Part shown: piece after piece, positions 1 to 13,600 of the stretch
Layout of the letters: each line of letters begins with the position of its first letter
Position numbering within the stretch: position 1 is the stretch's first letter
Assembly: GCA_001949185.1 (NCBI GenBank)
Contig: BDGG01000009.1
Location: 671,624-735,623 of the forward strand
Direction: 5' to 3'
Length of the DNA stretch: 64,000 nucleotides
Source of the DNA: Ramazzottius varieornatus
Lineage: Eukaryota > Animalia > Tardigrada
Notes under the pieces: model-generated
Databases searched by the model: none
Seen by the model: only the letters and a program-made list of their open reading frames with translations
What the model was told of the DNA's origin: nothing
Made by a program: the position numbers and the translations under genes

Positions 1-283
1 TATTTTACCGACGTTTCCTTTCCCGTTTCAGCAACACTTCTTATTCGTAAATGTTCGAGAGCGGAAACGTAAAAAGTATCTACGAATCTGATTTTGCAAT
101 GACTTAAAGTTATTAAACTGGCATCAGGCAAACTCATCACAACTCGTTCTATTTCGTGTAGCACTTTTCTGCGAGCTTTTTTCCTACGATTTATCGTGAT
201 GATATCACTCAATTTTGATCCTGAGAAAGCTTTCATACATTCTCCTCTACGTTGCCTAAATTTTCCATTTTCTGTTCTTGAAG

Positions 284-3200
284 AACCAAAGCTGAATCTG
301 AACGACCAAAGACCGGACTATGTACCGCATGAGTCTCCTTCGCAGTATCGCGACAGCGCGTTTGAAGACCGTCAACTTCCGGGTTCAGCAGATGGCTTCA
401 GTTTGCCGGGCAATCAATTTACCGGTCAAGCTGAACCTGCGCAACAGTTCGGCATGCCTGAAATGCGCCAGCTGCCGCTGCCCCAGCTGCCCAGTCCCGG
501 TGTTCAGCAGTTCCCCAACGTCCAGCTGCCCAACTTCCAAGAGCCTCAGTTCCAAATCCCCCAACAAAACTTTGGCGGTCTCCCTGACACCATGAACAGT
601 GGTGGTTTCGGTAACGGTGGTTTCGGTAACGGTGGTTTCGGTAGCGGTGGCTTCGGTAACGGTGGCTTCAATGCCGGACCAGGCTGGCCCACCAACAACC
701 CTCAAGGCGGACAAGCCATGGGACCAGTGGGCGCTGGACAGTTCGAAGTACCCGGCATGCAAGGCCAGAACCCCATGCAGCAAATCAATCAAGGCAGTCA
801 GATGGACTTTAGTGGTCAACCCATCAACCAACAGTTTCAACAGAACCAATTTCAGCCACAGGCCAATACCGATGATCGACCACGCTTCCAAGCAGGTCGA
901 CCTCAGCAACGAAACAACCAGTTCGGACAACCGGCCGAACAGCAACAGTTGCAAGAACAACAGCAAGAGTTTAAGGGTGAACAAAACTCATTCAATGGGG
1001 AAATTTCCACCGCGGCGGACAATAATCCAGCCATGGTTGGCTCCGTCAAGGTTGTGCCGATGGAAGTTGGGCCACTAAGCTCGCGACGCAATCGTAACCG
1101 CAACAAGCAACCCGACAACGAGAACCCGGAACAAGGTAACGAAGAGATCGCCACGCCTTCATCGATACCTGAAGGCCTGAAAGAAATCTCCAGCCATGGC
1201 GGTATGCCCGATTGCGGCTTCCACGGACTAGAGACCTGGCAGAAGAGTCCTTGTGAAACCTGCTCGTGCCGCAAGGGTATCACCACCTGTAAGAAACTGG
1301 AGTGCGAAGAGAAACCTGACGATTCGTCATGCATCCCTGTCTACAAACTCAGCAACTGCTGTCCGACTTTCCAGTGCTGTAAGTATCAAAGCTTCATTCG
1401 ACAACCATTGGCTATAAAACACTAAAATAATTTCCAAGTAGCATTGTTAACCTGGAAAAATTACGGAGAAAGTGCGTTACGGATCAATTTCGTCACGGTG
1501 TTTGGACATGCAGATGAAAACCATAGAAAAAAACACTCGTTTCTTATTTTTACTTCCCACTTGAATATTCAAGGTTTAATGGATTGGTTCAATTATATTT
1601 TACTGTGTTTTTATAGCGAACAATACTTCTCGCGGTGAGCTGCCCACGGTGGACGCCCAGCCTTTGAAAGGTATGAACCTTCACTTCGAATTCAACTGGG
1701 AGGTCAGCAGACCGAACGCACAAGATCGTCGTCGTCTAAGTGGCGTACGTCAACGTTGTTACTGGCTGAGCCATGCGCCACTTGGAAGAGAAACGGTCTT
1801 GTCGAGTTATTTTCCCCAGTGGCGCACGTTGCCGCTATTACTGGCTGAAAGTGTACGCCACTTAAACATAACCTCGAACGTTTCGTTTGCCGACCTCCCT
1901 TTTCGAAGCATGACAGTAAAAAGCGAGATCATTAAAAAATTAGCCATCCTATTCTCGTTTGTAGAAGGTGATCCTTGCACCGAGGTTGGAAAATTCCTAC
2001 CCACCTCCATTGTCTCGCCTTGTTCTGCCTGTAAATGCAACAACAAGTTCCAGATTCAATGTAAGGAAATCAGTTGTCCGCCTCGCCCTCGCGATCGAGC
2101 ATGCAAGGAGCGTCTTCCGAAGAACCCTACTGTCTGCTGCGCCGAGTACAATTGCCCAAGTAAGCAGAACATGACAAAATAACAAAAGAGTCAACAAGCA
2201 GCCATAGGCTATTTGAATAACCTCCATTCATAACGACACAGCTAATGTCGTGTTGTGATGCAGGAACTACCACGTTGGCATCTGTCAGTGAAGACGGCAC
2301 GGACGAGGAAGCGGACACTAGCGCTGATGACAACGTTTCTGCCGGCAACCAATTTGCCAATGCGGGCCAGGTTCTTAGCAGCCAAGATGCTACTACCACG
2401 GCCGAACCCACAACACCACTTGTCTTTTCACGCCGCACTCGTGCTCGGTCAACCACCACCACACAAGCGTCGACTGAAGGTACCGAAGAGTACGTCGATG
2501 GAGAGGAAGATCTTGAAGCTTCTTCCACAAGCACCAGTACCACGACAACTACGACCACTGCCCGAAGAACCCAGCCTAGAAGACGAACTTCTACTACCTC
2601 GACCATCACCAGTACCGCAGAAAGTGTCAGTGACGAAAGTGGTGATAGCGATGACACTGGAGGCACTACTTCTGCACCGAGACCTCAGGGCGTGGCTGTG
2701 CTTAGCGATGTCGACACTGCGAGAATCCAAGAAATCCGCTCTCAGAATTCCGGTACGAAAACCAAGCCTGCGAACCTCGCAATACTGTACTTGAGGGCCG
2801 TCCAACAAATTTGACCACGTTGTTTACTCAAGTGGCGCACCATGCCGGTAACGTTGGCTGACAACACGCGCCACTTGACAAAGCAATATTGTAAAGTCTG
2901 GTTTTTTTAAAAAGCGACACACGTTCTCACTACTGATGGTTGGTTGCGTGCGCCACTTGGGAAAAATTTCTGATCGGGTTTGTTTCGCGGTTCCCCATTT
3001 TAGAATTTGAATTTCTTGAGCATCTGAAATATTTCAGGCCCGTCGGTGAACTCTCTGAATGTCAATTCGGTTCGTGCCACTACCACTCCCCAAACAACTA
3101 CTGCGAGTCAGCCAGTACGACCAGCACAGAGCGCTTCCGCCGACCGAGGGGTTATTCACGACTGCCAAGGCGGCTGGAAGTTCCCTGCGGGCTGCGATGT

Positions 3201-6200
3201 CAGCAAGGACTGCGCCTACGTCGCAAGATGGAAGCAAGTGCCTATGGACAACTCTATTCGGTTCAAGATCACCACCCGAGATGCCGACAAGTGGACCGGT
3301 ATCGGCTTCTCCAAGAAGAAGAGCCTTGTGAGTCCCTTCCCCTTCCTAAATCTACACTATGATTAGAAAAGTGTGTTCTTTTGTAGGAAGATGTCGACAT
3401 GATCACCGGATGGGTTGACAAGAGCAACAAGATCATGATTCAAGACCGACACGGCGACGCACACGCTCCCATCTTGGACCAGCAACAGACCATCTTCAAC
3501 CTCCGCGGTTCTCGTTCGGGCAACATGACCACTATTGACTTCACTCGCCCTCAGAGATCCTCAAACACGCAGGACGTCCAGATCGACGATCAGAACTGCC
3601 CGTACTTCGTCTTCCCTGTTAAAGGTGGCGCCTATGAAACTTTCACTCAACGGATCCAACCTCATGAGGACGACCCGGAAATGTCCGACGTTGGCGTCTG
3701 CATATCGAAATGCCCAGCTTCCGAAGGTAAAAACTGCCTGACCGAAATATTCCAGCAACCCAACGCATTAGAAAAGATAAGAGCTCAGCATACAAACTCC
3801 CCTGATCGCTTATTCAAAGCGCACATTTGCACTATTGTTTGGCTGAAAGCCTGCGCCACTTGGGAAAACAATCTTGTCGAGTCCAACTATTTTCTGCAAG
3901 TGGCGTATGTTTCCACCGTTACTTGCTGAAAAAGGCGCACATCTTTTACATCAATTCATTTTGCAGGTGGAATCGAGCAGACAAGAACAACCTGGGTTTC
4001 TTCCACCACGACGAAAGCTCCTAGTACCACCACAACTGCTACTGCCACCGATAACAGTTCAGACTACGAAGATGAAGCTACCACTTCATCCGCCGCAGCG
4101 CCTCAACCAAAATCCGCCGGAGCTGTCTCCGGCAACACCGGTGGACAGTGCACGGTCGAAGGCGCCGTCGTCTCACTCAACCCCTGTCAGAACTGTTCTT
4201 GCCACAATGGGCTCATCCAATGCCTTAACATCAACTGTCGCGAGTCCTTCATGCAACACTTTGGCTGCATTCCCTTGTTCAAAGTGGGAGTATGTTGCCC
4301 ATCGTGGCAGTGCCCCGACAAGAACACCACGACTGAGTTGGCTGCCACCACTCAAACACCTCAGCTGAATGTGGCTATTGCCTCAGGACGCGCTGGACAA
4401 CGCAGTACAGTACAGAGAACCCTCAGCACGGTCAACCCTGATAAAGTCCTGGTGGAACAAAAGACGCAACAGGTGGATAGCTTGAACGAGAAGAGCGCTG
4501 GAGGGAATCAGCTGGACGCTAATGCTGAAGTGCAAGAGAACACCACGCCTTCGGTTTTGATTGAGCCACATGCCGAGACCGATGTTTGCAAGGGCTTCGT
4601 GTGTGGAACCAACGCTACTTGTGTGGTGGTGGGAGCGGGTATTCCAGGGTGTGTGTGCAAGGCTGGTTTCGAAGGAAACGCAAGAATCGCCTGTCGTAAG
4701 TCCCCTTTCTGATTGCTCGATCTCGGATCCGAGGCAGAAAGCAAGCTCGGTATAACCATGTAACTTTCCCTAGTGCGTCCTAGCCAGAAGAGCAGGAATA
4801 TTTGCTCGAGCGTCAGGTGCGGACAGAATGCCAAATGCTTCAACATTGACGGAAGACCTCGTAAGTACCTATAGATATTTCTAACATTGAATTGGAAAAC
4901 GATTTGAGTCGAAACTGCATCGGTGATTTGTGAATTTTAGAATGCAAGTGTGACAATGGATTCAGCGGTAACCCCAACGTTGCGTGCGGTAAGTCAAACG
5001 CAGCCCAACAAATGGCACTGACGTGCTGGCTTGGTTCGTGACAAGATCGGTCTCACTTTTGCAGATACGGAAATCAAGGGAGGATTTGTGCAGCCTCCCG
5101 AATGCCAGCTCCGCAGCGAGATTGGAGGATGCCAAAACTTTGGAATGCGCTGGCAATACGATTCGTAAGTCCGACGTCAAAAGCTTACCTAGACGCCTCT
5201 CCAAGCCTAATAAAGCTCTATCCATACAGACGCATTTCCGGATGCCGCCAGTTTGTCTACAGTGGGTGCGCGGGCAATGATAATAATTTCGAAAGCCGGG
5301 CACAGTGCGAACGCCGCTGTTCGCCAGTGAAGCGTCTCTACAAAGGTAGGCTGGTCGTTGCCAAAAACGAAAGCATCTTTTAGTATGTACGTCCTATTTT
5401 AGATAAACTATGCGACGCGGAAGAGGACCTCGACAGTCCAGCCTGCGCCCGCTGCGAGTGTACGGAGCAAGGCTTCGTGGCCTGCACACCAGTCTCTTGT
5501 GGGGCGCCACCGAACAAGGACTGCCACGTCATCCCCCAAGCCGGAGAGTGTTGCCCCAAATACGACTGTAGCATCCCCACCTCCACCAACACTTCCGGGT
5601 CCGTCGTATCGAATACCCGAAGTGACAACTGCAAAGGCGTCATCTGCCGTGAACCCGTCTTCAAGCCGGGCTGCAGCCGAGTGCAACTTCCTGGAGAATG
5701 CTGTCCCACCATCCAGTGCGGTAAGAACTTCCCTAGTCCGTTTCATTCGAACGATCAATCAAGCCGAAATGAAAGTAGAAAAATGGAGAAGTCATTTAAA
5801 GTTTCTGTTCATCAGTTTACAATGGTGTAGAAAAGGAGTGAGGTCGCCAAACAAATTCGACAAAACTATTTCCCCAAGTGGCGCATGTTTGCTATGCTCT
5901 TGGCTGGAAGCGTGTGCCACTTGGAAACCCGATTCTGTCGAGTTTGTGGCCAAGGTCTCACTCGTGCTTTTTCCGCAGGACCATGTTTTTTTGTACGGAT
6001 TTTTTATAGAATATTATTCAGGTGCGGCTGCCATGAACAATACGGACGAAAGCAATTCGAACACCGGAAGTTTGACCATTATCAGCTCTGACAGCAACGG
6101 GGCTTCGGTTACTTCATCCAATAACGGAAAGCTTGCCGGAGTTCCATGCTCGGATGACGAGAAGATCAGTTCCTCCAACCCTTGTCTCAACTGCCAATGC

Positions 6201-6915
6201 ATCAACAACGTCACCACCTGCAACCAAGTCATCTGCTCGCCCATCACTCCCGAACAACGCCGCAAATGTCGCATCACGCAACTGGTATAGAGGACCATCT
6301 CAAATTACCCCGATGAATTTCCTACTGTTACTAACGCATTCTTCATTTCCACCCACGCAGCCAAACCAATGTTGTCTTAGCGTCGAGTGCTTCCCGGTAA
6401 GACAATCAGCAAGTACAGCTGGCTTTACAACACCCCTTTCCACAACACTGGCGGATGTCCTTGTGGCTGAAGACCAGGAATCTGCTGAGCAAGCCACCAC
6501 ACAAGGCAGCACTGTTCTATCCACTCGAACTTCCACTACAACCATCAGCACTAGCACTGCTACAGCCAGCACCATCAGAAGAAGAACCTCAACGTCATCG
6601 GCTACCACGGCCAGTCCTGCGACGACGGTGAGGCCCACTTCGACCACAGCCACAGTTGCAGCGGCTGTAGGCGGAAAGAGTGGCTGTTCGGAGGTTGCCG
6701 ATGCTGGAGTGTGCCGAGCCAACATCACTCGCTACTTCTTCAATGCCGCAACCGGAAGTTGCGAGTCCTTCACCTACTCTGGTTGTGGCGGCAACAAAAA
6801 GTAGGAAAACTTCACCGAAAAACAATCATTTTGGAGAAGCTGCTGTAAACTAAAACTTGACTTTCTTTGTAGTCGTTACCTGACCAAGGAACGGTGCGAA
6901 GCCAGCTGTAAATAA
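284..6915 (+). CDS. Mosaic extracellular protein (5' end outside window): Q/G-rich region with GGFGN repeats, several VWC domains, Thr-rich linkers, DOMON domain, 2 EGF-like, 2 Kunitz domains
   Basis: Multi-exon. VWC patterns (WQKSPCETCSCRKGITTC..CCP); DOMON (CAYVARW..IRFKITT..WTGIGFS..DMITGWV..TTIDFTR); EGF (CKGFVCGTNATC..CVCKAGFEGNARIAC); Kunitz (CRQFVYSGCAGNDNNF; CESFTYSGCGGN). Stop TAA at 6913-6915. Confidence 0.85.
598..672 (+). repeat. Coding 15-bp tandem repeat GGTGGTTTCGGTAAC (GGFGN x~5)
   Basis: Directly visible in the sequence. Confidence 0.9.
1697..1900. mobile_element. Palindromic family copy, 2 cores, intronic
   Basis: AAGTGGCG..CGCCACTT cores; ends GGGAGGTCAGCAGAC/GTTTGCCGACCTCCC. 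Confidence 0.85.
2793..2997. mobile_element. Palindromic family copy, 2 cores, intronic
   Basis: Core motif; ends approximate. Confidence 0.8.
3780..3942. mobile_element. Palindromic family copy, 2 decayed cores, intronic
   Basis: Core motif; ends approximate. Confidence 0.75.
5838..5960. mobile_element. Palindromic family copy, 1 core, intronic
   Basis: Core motif plus TIR. Confidence 0.85.
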
Positions 6916-7274
6916 ACCATCCCCGACCAAAAGACCCTTTGAAAAGCTCTTCTACCCCAAAAAGGGTGCGACAGTTTAGGCAAAAATTTGTTCATGTTGT
7001 CTGTTTTGGAGAAAAGTTGGACGACTTCCTTCCTGGTTTGTCTCTGGTTTGTTAGCAGTTTTCCGAGAAAGCACCCTGTGCTTTACAGAATCAGCTTCCG
7101 CTATTGTAAATAGTAAGCATTCTGGTTCTTATGGGAAAATACAATAACGCGAAGCCAAGGTTCGGACAACATCACAATCAAGGACGTCGTGAAGCGAGAA
7201 CTATACGTAAATATCCCTAAAAGTCTGGAGAGTTCTTGCACAGACCGTAGTACGATACAGTGGGGTGTCAGCAG

Positions 7275-7384
7275 TAGCTTTAAACAGACCCTCATCTCAA
7301 GTGGCGCATTTTTCTATTGTTACGAGTCGAGTAGGTGCGCCACCCGGTGAAACAATCGGCGTGGATTCATTTGCCGACCTCCCA
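7275..7384. mobile_element. Palindromic family copy, 1 core, intergenic or 5' region
   Basis: Core motif; ends approximate. Confidence 0.75.
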
Positions 7385-7617
7385 ACTTAAGGCCACACTT
7401 CCGTCAACATCGAGGCCATCGATTGCATGACCAATGGCCGATATGTGCTCCCCAGCTGATCGCCGGGGGAAGTCAACGTTCAGACAGTTTGACAAGAACC
7501 TCACTTTCTGGATAACCTCTACGTAACAACAGCAGCAAAACAGACACGTCGTACGAGACATTTGTGGAAACCCGACACCGGCAAACCCGTCAAGGAAAGG
7601 ATTTACGACTTTTGCAG

Positions 7618-10600
7618 GTAGCCTGCTCGTTGCATGTTTATACTGTCTCATATTACGTCTTTATGGTGCTGAGATGGTGGGTCTGTCACGCCTTCATGGT
7701 GCATCAAGCGGACACCTATCCAAGCGGACGCGTCAAGCAGGAGTGTCTCTCCATAAAACCCCATCAGAAACACCATACAAACTGTCACTTCATTCGTACT
7801 CACTCACACTCATATTTCCACCGAAGAAACTAGCTATATATACCGGCAATACATATGCTGCAGTCAGGAGTTCATTGTCTGCCGTTTAACTTTTCGCTAC
7901 AGTAATCTATTTGAAGTGGTATGTAAAACGAACCTTGGTATATGTCGCATGTCCTGTTGGCTCACCCACCATCAATGTTGTGATGCTTTTTGCTGAATAA
8001 AGTAACGAGCCTACCTCGATTCGTTTTGTCCTCATACTACAGCGCAAGGTTGACGCGGAAAATCTACCGTTTATCTGTACCGGAAATACCAACTCGAAAT
8101 TACTTCCGGTCAGTTCCTTCCTCTTCCCATACAGACCAAGTTGGGAATGTTCTTCGCAATGAACCACTGGTTTTTCCTCGCGGAATACCTCGTCGTTTTC
8201 TCTGGACTGCTTCAGCGTATCTCTTCACAGTTGGTTGCCGAGCCAAAAGACTGTAAGTAAATAATGGTGAAGGAAGAGCGTGTTTGTTTGATAAGGGGAG
8301 ATAAACGCTGAATCTGCATAACATACTATAAAGTTTTGATTTTGGCCGTCGCCGCATTCAAGAGTGTTGATAAACAAACTGACGTTTGATGGAGTTAGAT
8401 CAAACATCATCATGGCGGCAGATGTCTCATGGTCATTACCGTCCTGCTGTTGACATCCGTGTTCACCGATATGGTACTATTACTAAAACAAGCGTCGAAG
8501 TTTCCGATAATATCACCCGCGAGTAAAAAAGCCTCAGCTAAGTAAACTTTGCCGTGCTACACGGGAAACTTTATGACCATATGAAACATGCGGCGCAACA
8601 TCCTGTGAAATCATTAGGGAAAAAATTGTTGTAAGATGGCGCACACTGGAGTTTGTTGGTGCAGGTATTGATTATGTCGTGTCCAGAATTTTCTTGGGAT
8701 GATTGTTAAGTGGTAGGAACAGTTTCCCATCAAGCCTGTATAGTCGGGTGGAATTTTTGTCATTTTCTGGGGTTCTTTGTGCTTGCAGATTGCCGCCTAA
8801 CGCCTGAAAGGGGACCCTGCAGAGAATCTCAGCGGAGATGGTACTATGACGTCAAAGTGGACAACTGCACTCAGTTTGTTTTCGGAGGATGCTCCGGTAA
8901 CCAAAACAATTTCGATACATTCGAGCGATGCGACTTGACATGTCGTCGGACAAGAAACTCGGCCTCGACAATCGGATATATGTTCGCCAGCGGGATCGGA
9001 CCTAATCTACCAGGTACGTGTTTGGGTCTTTTCACTTACGTCACTGCAAACTTTTCCCGCCCAATTTTTAAAATGAGGAAACCTTCCGTTATGAATTTAT
9101 CTCAAAAGTCAGCAAACAAAAAATCAAAACAAATCTGGGTACTTGTTTTTGCAGACAGTCAGCGCCGTTCATCCTCATCGGGCGTGGACGATCGCGGAAA
9201 CACGAACGTCTTGCTCGGTACCGACAGCGTTGATGGTGAGAAACCTAAGCATGAATAATTGTAGTCGTAAACCTTCGTGAAGGTACACAGGGATAATCTT
9301 TCGCGCCACTCTTGCACAGAATGCGATCAACCTGTTCAACGCGGCTTCTGCTCAAGTTTCATACCAAGATGGCATCACAATGGCTCGTCATGTGAGCTCT
9401 TCTACTTCAGGTACTACACTGTCGTGCGGCAAATAAGATTACAAAGTGCCAACGCACAGTCTAAAAAACCTCCTGTGTATCTCGAACTCTTTGCGGAAGC
9501 TAATTTCGAACCTGAAGAAGATCCGAGAGCCCAGCGAAGAATCTAGCCAGATCGTTTCCTTGAGTGGCGCACGCTCGTGGTCATAATGGCAGGAACCGTG
9601 CGTCGCTTGGGATCGTGTCGAATGTGATTGTGACATCAAGTTACGAACTTTGACAGTCTTATTGGTTGAAAGGGTGCGCCCCTTGGAAAAACGATTTGGT
9701 AAGGTTCGCTTATCGAGCTCCCATGGTATTATGCTGTGACGTACCACCAGGTCTTAACCCATGACTCCGCGCTTTTTCAACCCATATTTCAAAAATTCGT
9801 ATCCCAAGAACGCTTCGATATTTCTTCCCGGATTTGGTACACATAACACTCAAATTGCCCTTTGCTCATCCGGGTTCAAAATTATTAATAAATGTCTAAA
9901 GCATAGTATCATTGCTTTAGACATTTCCCAGGAAACTTTACAGTTATCGCGAAACTTTCGAAACTTAAGACAGTTGTACTGGTCGTTTGCTTCTTTTCGC
10001 TTGCTTGGGCTGAAACTCCGACCTCTGCGGGAAACGTTTACGGGAGGTACTTTGAAAGTGCGCAACAGTTTTGGTGACGAGGTTTGTCTCGTGGAGTTAG
10101 CATAACCATTCGAAAAACGAGGTTTTTCTGACAAGCCGAGGGGTTGCAGGGCTGTCCCGAGGATTTTCCTTTCCCATCTCTGAGTGATGTTAGGGGACAC
10201 ACTAGTATTATTCACAAAAGCATCCGCGACCCGATCGGTTAGAGCCGGGAGAAAGAAAAAACCAAAATTATAGAACCTCACTAAACCGGCGCACCACCCG
10301 GAATCGCATGAGATATTTTTTTCGAAATCCTGCAAGATCGTTTCCCGAAAAAAATTCTTCTTTCTTACGGAGTAGAGGTTATGTGCTATCGGGATACCGA
10401 TTAGTTTTTGAAACGGGCAGTCGGCGCTGGGGGAAAATCATTGTTGAGGATGATTCAGCACAGTCTTCCTAAACCTCCACAATTTTTCTTGCTTTCCTTC
10501 CCGATCGCAGCAGCTTCCTTCCTTCCTTCCTCAATAAATTGAAAAAAGGTTGGTGGTAGCAGAGAGTAAAAGCCCAAGTTTCAAAGTCCTCGCACAGAGT

Positions 10601-13600
10601 CAAAAAACGGTTCTGGAAGTGCGTGGACGAAAAGCGTGCAGTCACAGGTAAAAGCCTACTATAAACCAAACTATTCGAAGACAGATAATTATACCGTAAA
10701 GTCTCGATTTGTATATTACTTAAATGACAACACACCTAAACAACCTCTTACGCAATCTTGGCACTTCCAGCGGTTGCGGAGGCAATGGAAATAATTTTAT
10801 GACTCGTGAATCATGTCTTGAACGCTGCCCTTCACGGACACTTGGTCCCTTCTCATCACAAACCTCTTCGCTGCGCCCGCTGGCAACCAGTCTGATACAG
10901 TCAAGTACGTTTTCAACTGGCACAGCAGTCAGGAAGAAGTGATCCACTCTTGACCAAAGATATATGTTTCAGGTTGTCAACTGAAACCTCAACGCGGAAG
11001 CTGTCGGAGCGCGCTCATCCGATGGTACTTCGACGTTCCCAGCCAAAACTGCCTGGAATTCGTTTACAGCGGTACGCCACTCGACACCTTGGGCTTATTA
11101 AAACCCTTAACTATATTCGAACAAGATTTATCGAACAAATTTAGGCTGTAACGGGAACGAGAACAACCACGCCAGTGAACAAGAATGCCTACAACAGTGC
11201 TCGAGAGAAAGCCTGAGAAGAAGCGGCAGTGCATCTGGGCGTTCGCTAAACCCTTCGAAAAGCGACCAAAACAGCCTGTTTCCAGGAGCTTTCGAGCAGC
11301 AAAGCCCGGACCTCTTCGCCGACGCTGGCGTCAAACCAAGCGAGGTGGTCGTGAGAACTCGAGCCGGTGATGTCGGCGGATTTGCTTCCACCGGTTCCAT
11401 TCCTGAAAGTAAGCTAACAAACCTTTTCATCAGATTTTTACAAAGACTGGGAGCTCGGAAATCAAATTTGACCAAGTCGCTCTCTCCAAGTGGCGCACGC
11501 TTCCTGCCAATAACACTGAAAGGGCGCTGGACGAGTTTGTCCGCCGAGCTCCCGATGAATATCCGTAGTATTGTAAAGTATGAACTGCCACATTTCCGCA
11601 GAATGCATACCAGAACCAGAAAGAGGACCTTGCACAGTGGACATTGAGCGCTGGTATCACGATACGGTTACCAAGACCTGTCGACCCTTCTATTATGGCG
11701 GATGCTTGGGCAACAGCAAGTAAGTTCGCCTCTTCATCAAGCCTCCCTGTTACCCTTGAACCCTAAAGCCAAACCCAAGCTTAACCAACACCACAAGAAA
11801 AACATCAATCTTTCAGTCGATTTTCTACACGGAAGGAATGTGAGACCAGCTGTAGCGTTTCGCCCGCACCACGCGGTATGACACCTATCACGGACGCTCA
11901 AGCCTGTGTTCTGGAGCCAGCAACAGGACCTTGTCGAGCTGCCTTCACAAGATATTACTTTGACGTGGCAGCTGGACAATGCAAGCAGTTTACTTATGGC
12001 GGTAAGTCCTCTGCACATTTCCGGTTAGAATGCCGTAACCGCTGCAAAATCAGCAAGTCTGACATACTAACTGACATATTCAACAGGTTGTGAGGGGAAC
12101 GCGAACAACTTTCAGACTTTGGAAGACTGCGAATCAAGATGTCAAACTGCTGCTCGCCCCGACAGTTTCAACCAAGTACGGTCTTCGCTAATAGGACTTG
12201 GACCTGATACGAGAAGCGGGAATACGGGAACCGGAAGAACGAGCCGTAAGCGTAATGTTGTATTACACGTCATACTGCGATGTCGTCCCCAACTCCCCAT
12301 CGAGAAAAATTCTATCGTTTTCTGGTTTCCTCCTTACATCTTCCCCACTTACCTTCTCTTCTTGCCTCGAGCATCTTTGTGGCGGTGATATCCATTTTCT
12401 GTCTTGTATTCGAATAGGTCTTGGCGCCAGATGTTTCCTTCCGTCGGAGACTGGTCCTTGTCGCGCTGCACTGCCGAAGTTCTTCTTCAATGGTCGATTC
12501 TGTTCCACGTAAGACGATGATGAGCCTTCATCCTCCGGCCGACTGTTTCGGCCGACTTTCGGTTCACTGTCCAATCTCCCGTTTCATCATAGGTTCATCT
12601 ACGGAGGCTGTGCGGGCAATGAAAATAACTTTGATTCCGTGGAGGAGTGTCAAGCGGCTTGCGGCGGAGAAGCCAGCCTTGTCCCAAGTCTCGAGCCTCC
12701 TTCTCGATCTCCTCCCCTCGGCGGGAGCAGGAATGACGGCAATCTGGAACCAGGTTCGTACCTGAAAAAGCAAGAACAATATCAGATACCTGAGAGATAA
12801 CGTTCAGGAGAAAGACATCGGAGCGTCCAACTCGATCTGTCTCTCAAGTCTCAACTGAACGTTGAAAAACTAACTTTAAAATTAACTTTAAGGGCTCCCT
12901 TCCTAATCAACGGAAGATGGTTGATTGACAAGGAGGTGGGGCGTCACTCCGGTACAACCAATCACGGTAGCGCTGTATGCCACTAGGCGCCAAATGTTTG
13001 TTCTATGAATTGCAAGTTTCCTTCGTTTCCGCGACCTGGAAGAAAACAATGTCGGACTAGTGATGTTCGTTTGAGCCTAATGCCAGTTTGATACTGCAGG
13101 TCTACTGGCAGCTGATGCATGTGCACAACCTCCCGACTCTGGGCCTTGCAATGCCGTGCTTACTCGTTTCTTCAGCGACCCAATTTCCGGTTCCTGCAAA
13201 CCGTTCACTTACGGAGGTGCGTTTCATTCCCCACAGAACTCCCACAACCCAATAGGTGATCCCTAAAAACCTTTCTCCCAGTGCTTATGTGTTTTGTTCC
13301 ATCCAGGCTGTGGAGGGAACCTTAACAACTACAAAAGCCATACCGAGTGCGAACTGACTTGCCCAACACGAGGACCAAAAGTCGACAACGCTTCTCTACC
13401 TGGTATCAGCGGGAAGCCGACGCACGTTGTTCCTGGGAACTATTAAAATCATTCTGTCTTGTTTTTTTTCACCTTTGCAGCCGTTTGTGGATTGCCAGCG
13501 GAGCGAGGTCCATGCAGAGCCTTCATACCTGCGTTCTTCCACGACGTGAGAGATGGAAAATGCAAAATGTTCTATTTCGGTGAGCCGACACAAACTTTCT

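Noticed and set aside
385-6825. Long antisense or alternative-frame ORFs over gene 1 (also over CDT1 and others)
   Set aside because: Shadows of low-complexity, codon-biased exons.
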